DNA of 50,888 nucleotides, filler included, from Dendrobates tinctorius (Eukaryota), in NCBI RefSeq assembly GCF_039654945.1. It is 4 parts of 4 records of this genome, joined end to end, with 100 filler letters (N's around TTAATTAATTAA, not from the genome) between each part and the next. Parts side by side here need not be neighbours in the genome. Positions count along the whole stretch, not along the records: positions 35,612 to 50,888 come from NW_027361688.1; 3 more parts are not named here. One strand, given 5' to 3'. Position 1 is the first letter of the stretch, and the number at the start of each line of letters is the position of its first letter. The translations under genes were made by a program, and so were the position numbers. The notes under the pieces are model-generated. The model had not been told where the DNA came from and ran no database searches. It saw nothing but the letters and a program-made list of their open reading frames with translations. Shown in pieces: positions 48,519 through 50,888 of the stretch.

Positions 48519-48870
48519 TTCGAAATGTGGTAACAGAGATAACACTATGGATGGCGAGAAGAACAAGCAAATTACCGTAATTTCGGAACAAATCAAGCCA
48601 GACTTGTCACTCGGAGCAAGGATCACCAAGCTACGACTTGCCTACTTTGGACACGTCCTAAAAAGAGAGCAATCACTGAAGAAGGACATCATGGTCAGAA
48701 GAATACAAGGAAGGAGGAAGACAAGCAACCCAATGGCTATCAAGATAACGGTGGAGAAGACCATTGTGAGAAGACCCTGGTGGACCTAACTAGGCTTCCA
48801 CAAGAATGATTTCCCTACACATCGTTCATCCATCAAGTCGTCATGACTTGAGACCACCCTGAAGGTCAAC
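48519..48870 (+). mobile_element. RTE-clade LINE 3' fragment
   Basis: FEMW motif followed by ITKLRLAYFGHVLKREQSLKKDIM, typical of the RTE ORF C-terminus; frameshifted. Confidence 0.8.
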
Positions 48871-50369
48871 ACTGAAGCCAGGAAGAATTTAGTTCCCCTT
48901 CACATTGCTGTTGAGGTTTCACCATTTTTTTGTAAGGGGTGACATTTAGTCAGAAAAACCTTGATCCAGCAGCAACTTGTTGACAGTTACACATTTACGG
49001 TGAAAATTGATGGTCGTTGTATATCAGACAGGTTCTAGCCTGTTTCCTTCTGTTTTTCTCAAGTCGATCAGCTGCTTCTAAGGCCAGTGGAATATTGTTA
49101 TGTCGCGCATTGACTTGCAAGATAGGGATGAAACATTTCCACCTTACAAACCATAGATGTGGTCATGTATGGAAAATGCAAAGATCTGGGCACCAGTTCT
49201 CCTGAAAGGATGCCTGGGAAGATGTAAAGTAAAAGAGCCAGAAATCTGATTAGGGGCATGGAGAATTTTTCCTAAAAAAGTGATTAAAAGAACAACCCTT
49301 ATAGGACTCTCATCTCTCCCAGTTGCCTACTGTCTGGAAAGATGACAGCTCAAACAGGACTAGATATAGGAGCATGCTAAGATGTTATGAAGAAGGATAA
49401 GAAGAGAAGTCTTCTGAGCAGACATCAGGACTTGCGTCATCGGTGCTCACTCACACTCTCTACAAGGCAAGAACTGACATTAATATTCATTACGAGCTGT
49501 CGGCCTCCCGCTTTGTAGATCTGTCGCGCAGGCCCATAGATCCAGCGTGACGGCTCATAGAAATTAAGGAACTTGTAGAATCGTTTCATTACCCTGGTTT
49601 ACATTCCTTATAATTAACGGGAAAAATGACGGCATCGAGGAGAAATATTCCAAGTATGGCATTCATACAGCCGGGTGACAACTACTAATAATGTGCCTTG
49701 TACTTAGTCATTCATGGTACATCCGAGGCCTAAATACTTGGGCTTAATTCGAGTACTTAGAAGGTTTAAATAAAGAAACGGAGCTGTGCCAAACCTGGTC
49801 CCAGAACATGTCTACTAATTCCCATAATCAGTTGTGTACGATCAAAGTTTTTACCTGCCGAATTCAGATATTTGGCATTCAGGAGATCAATAGATGAGCC
49901 GGGGCCAGATAACACAGGACTCTTTTGGAGGTTTGGTGGAGTCTACTACTCAAGAGTCCACTACTCAATCGGTCACAGAAGGCGCGCTAGATAGATAGTA
50001 TTAGGTAGGTGGTAGTAATGCCCAACTGATAGGAGCTTTAATCTTCACATTGTTTCTCTGTGTAAATACATGTACACTTATGCTATAAAGGAAAGACCTG
50101 TCCTTGGCCTAAGTCCAACCTTACTATCTCTACAGTTGTGAAGAGCGGTGACTCTAGTACCAGGTACCAAGTATCTAATGTGTGTATAAAACTGATCAGA
50201 AGAACGTCGGGTAAACAAAAGAATTTTGTTCTGTGCCGACCACAAATACTTAATTGCGCCTCGCAGAGAATGTACCCATGATTAGATTGGTTACCCAGTG
50301 AAAATAAGTTGTCACCTGTCAACGGAAAAGTGATAACTTAGTGTTCGGTGGGGCAGTTGCTCTACCTGC

Positions 50370-50600
50370 TGGAGCAGTCAGCAGGTAGAGCAATCAGTAG
50401 ATAGAGCAGTCAGCAGCTAGAGCGGTCAGAAGGTAGAGCAGACAGCAGGTAGATCATTCAGCAGATAGAGCAGTCAGCAGCTAGAACAGTCAGCAGGTAG
50501 AGCAATCAGCAAATAGATCAGTCAGCAGATACGTAGAGCAGTCAGCAGGTTGATCAGTCAACAGATAGAGCAGTCAGCAGATAGAGCAATTAGAACAGCC
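50370..50600 (+). repeat. 16-bp degenerate tandem repeat (TAGAGCAGTCAGCAGG)
   Basis: Read directly. Confidence 0.9.
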
Positions 50601-50888
50601 ACCAGCTACTGAATCCAGATCGACATGAAATTCCAGCACTTGTCTTGCAGATAAAAACCTATGTACTTTTATTTCATTATTTAAAAATCTAGAGAAGTAT
50701 AAAAATAACAAATATTCCAAGTTTAAAAAAAATAGCAATAGACGCCAACACATTTAGAATCCAAAGTATAAAAGGGTTCTTAGTCATTGCATCTTTCACG
50801 ACTCTGTTGTCATTTGTCACCAGGACCAGAGGCTCCTTCTCTGTCCTGTTCTCTGCTTTACTTCTGATGGTGAAGATGCTGGGGCCAC

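Noticed and set aside
36445-50888. GFOD1 second coding exon
   Set aside because: No ORF continuing the oxidoreductase domain appears in the track; it presumably lies beyond the window.

Overview
This is repeat-rich vertebrate genomic DNA, not prokaryotic. The repeat families (T2/Kolobok-type, PIF/Harbinger and piggyBac-type MITEs, CR1, RTE, Penelope) and an intronless TRIM suggest an anuran amphibian, though the taxon is an inference. Three identical 100-bp artificial spacers (44 N + TTAATTAATTAA + 44 N) split the window into four contigs whose adjacency is not guaranteed. Recognisable coding content: an intronless RING/B-box/coiled-coil/PRY-SPRY TRIM gene (17547-19109 +), coding exon 1 of GFOD1 (36192-36444 +) followed by intron, a decayed two-gene PIF/Harbinger transposon (MADF/Myb-like gene + and DDE transposase -, tail to tail), and fragments of CR1, Penelope and RTE reverse transcriptases. 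Roughly 40% of the window is long tandem arrays, which produce nearly all the long ORFs in the track; these are spurious. The most notable observations are: a multi-layer nest of MITEs with an empty-site/filled-site pair that shows the TSD directly, a degenerate minimal hammerhead ribozyme, a probable solo LTR splitting a minisatellite, a ~130-bp segment duplicated on both sides of the TRIM gene, and arrays that seem to have expanded inside non-autonomous transposons. I see no convincing wholly new biological system.
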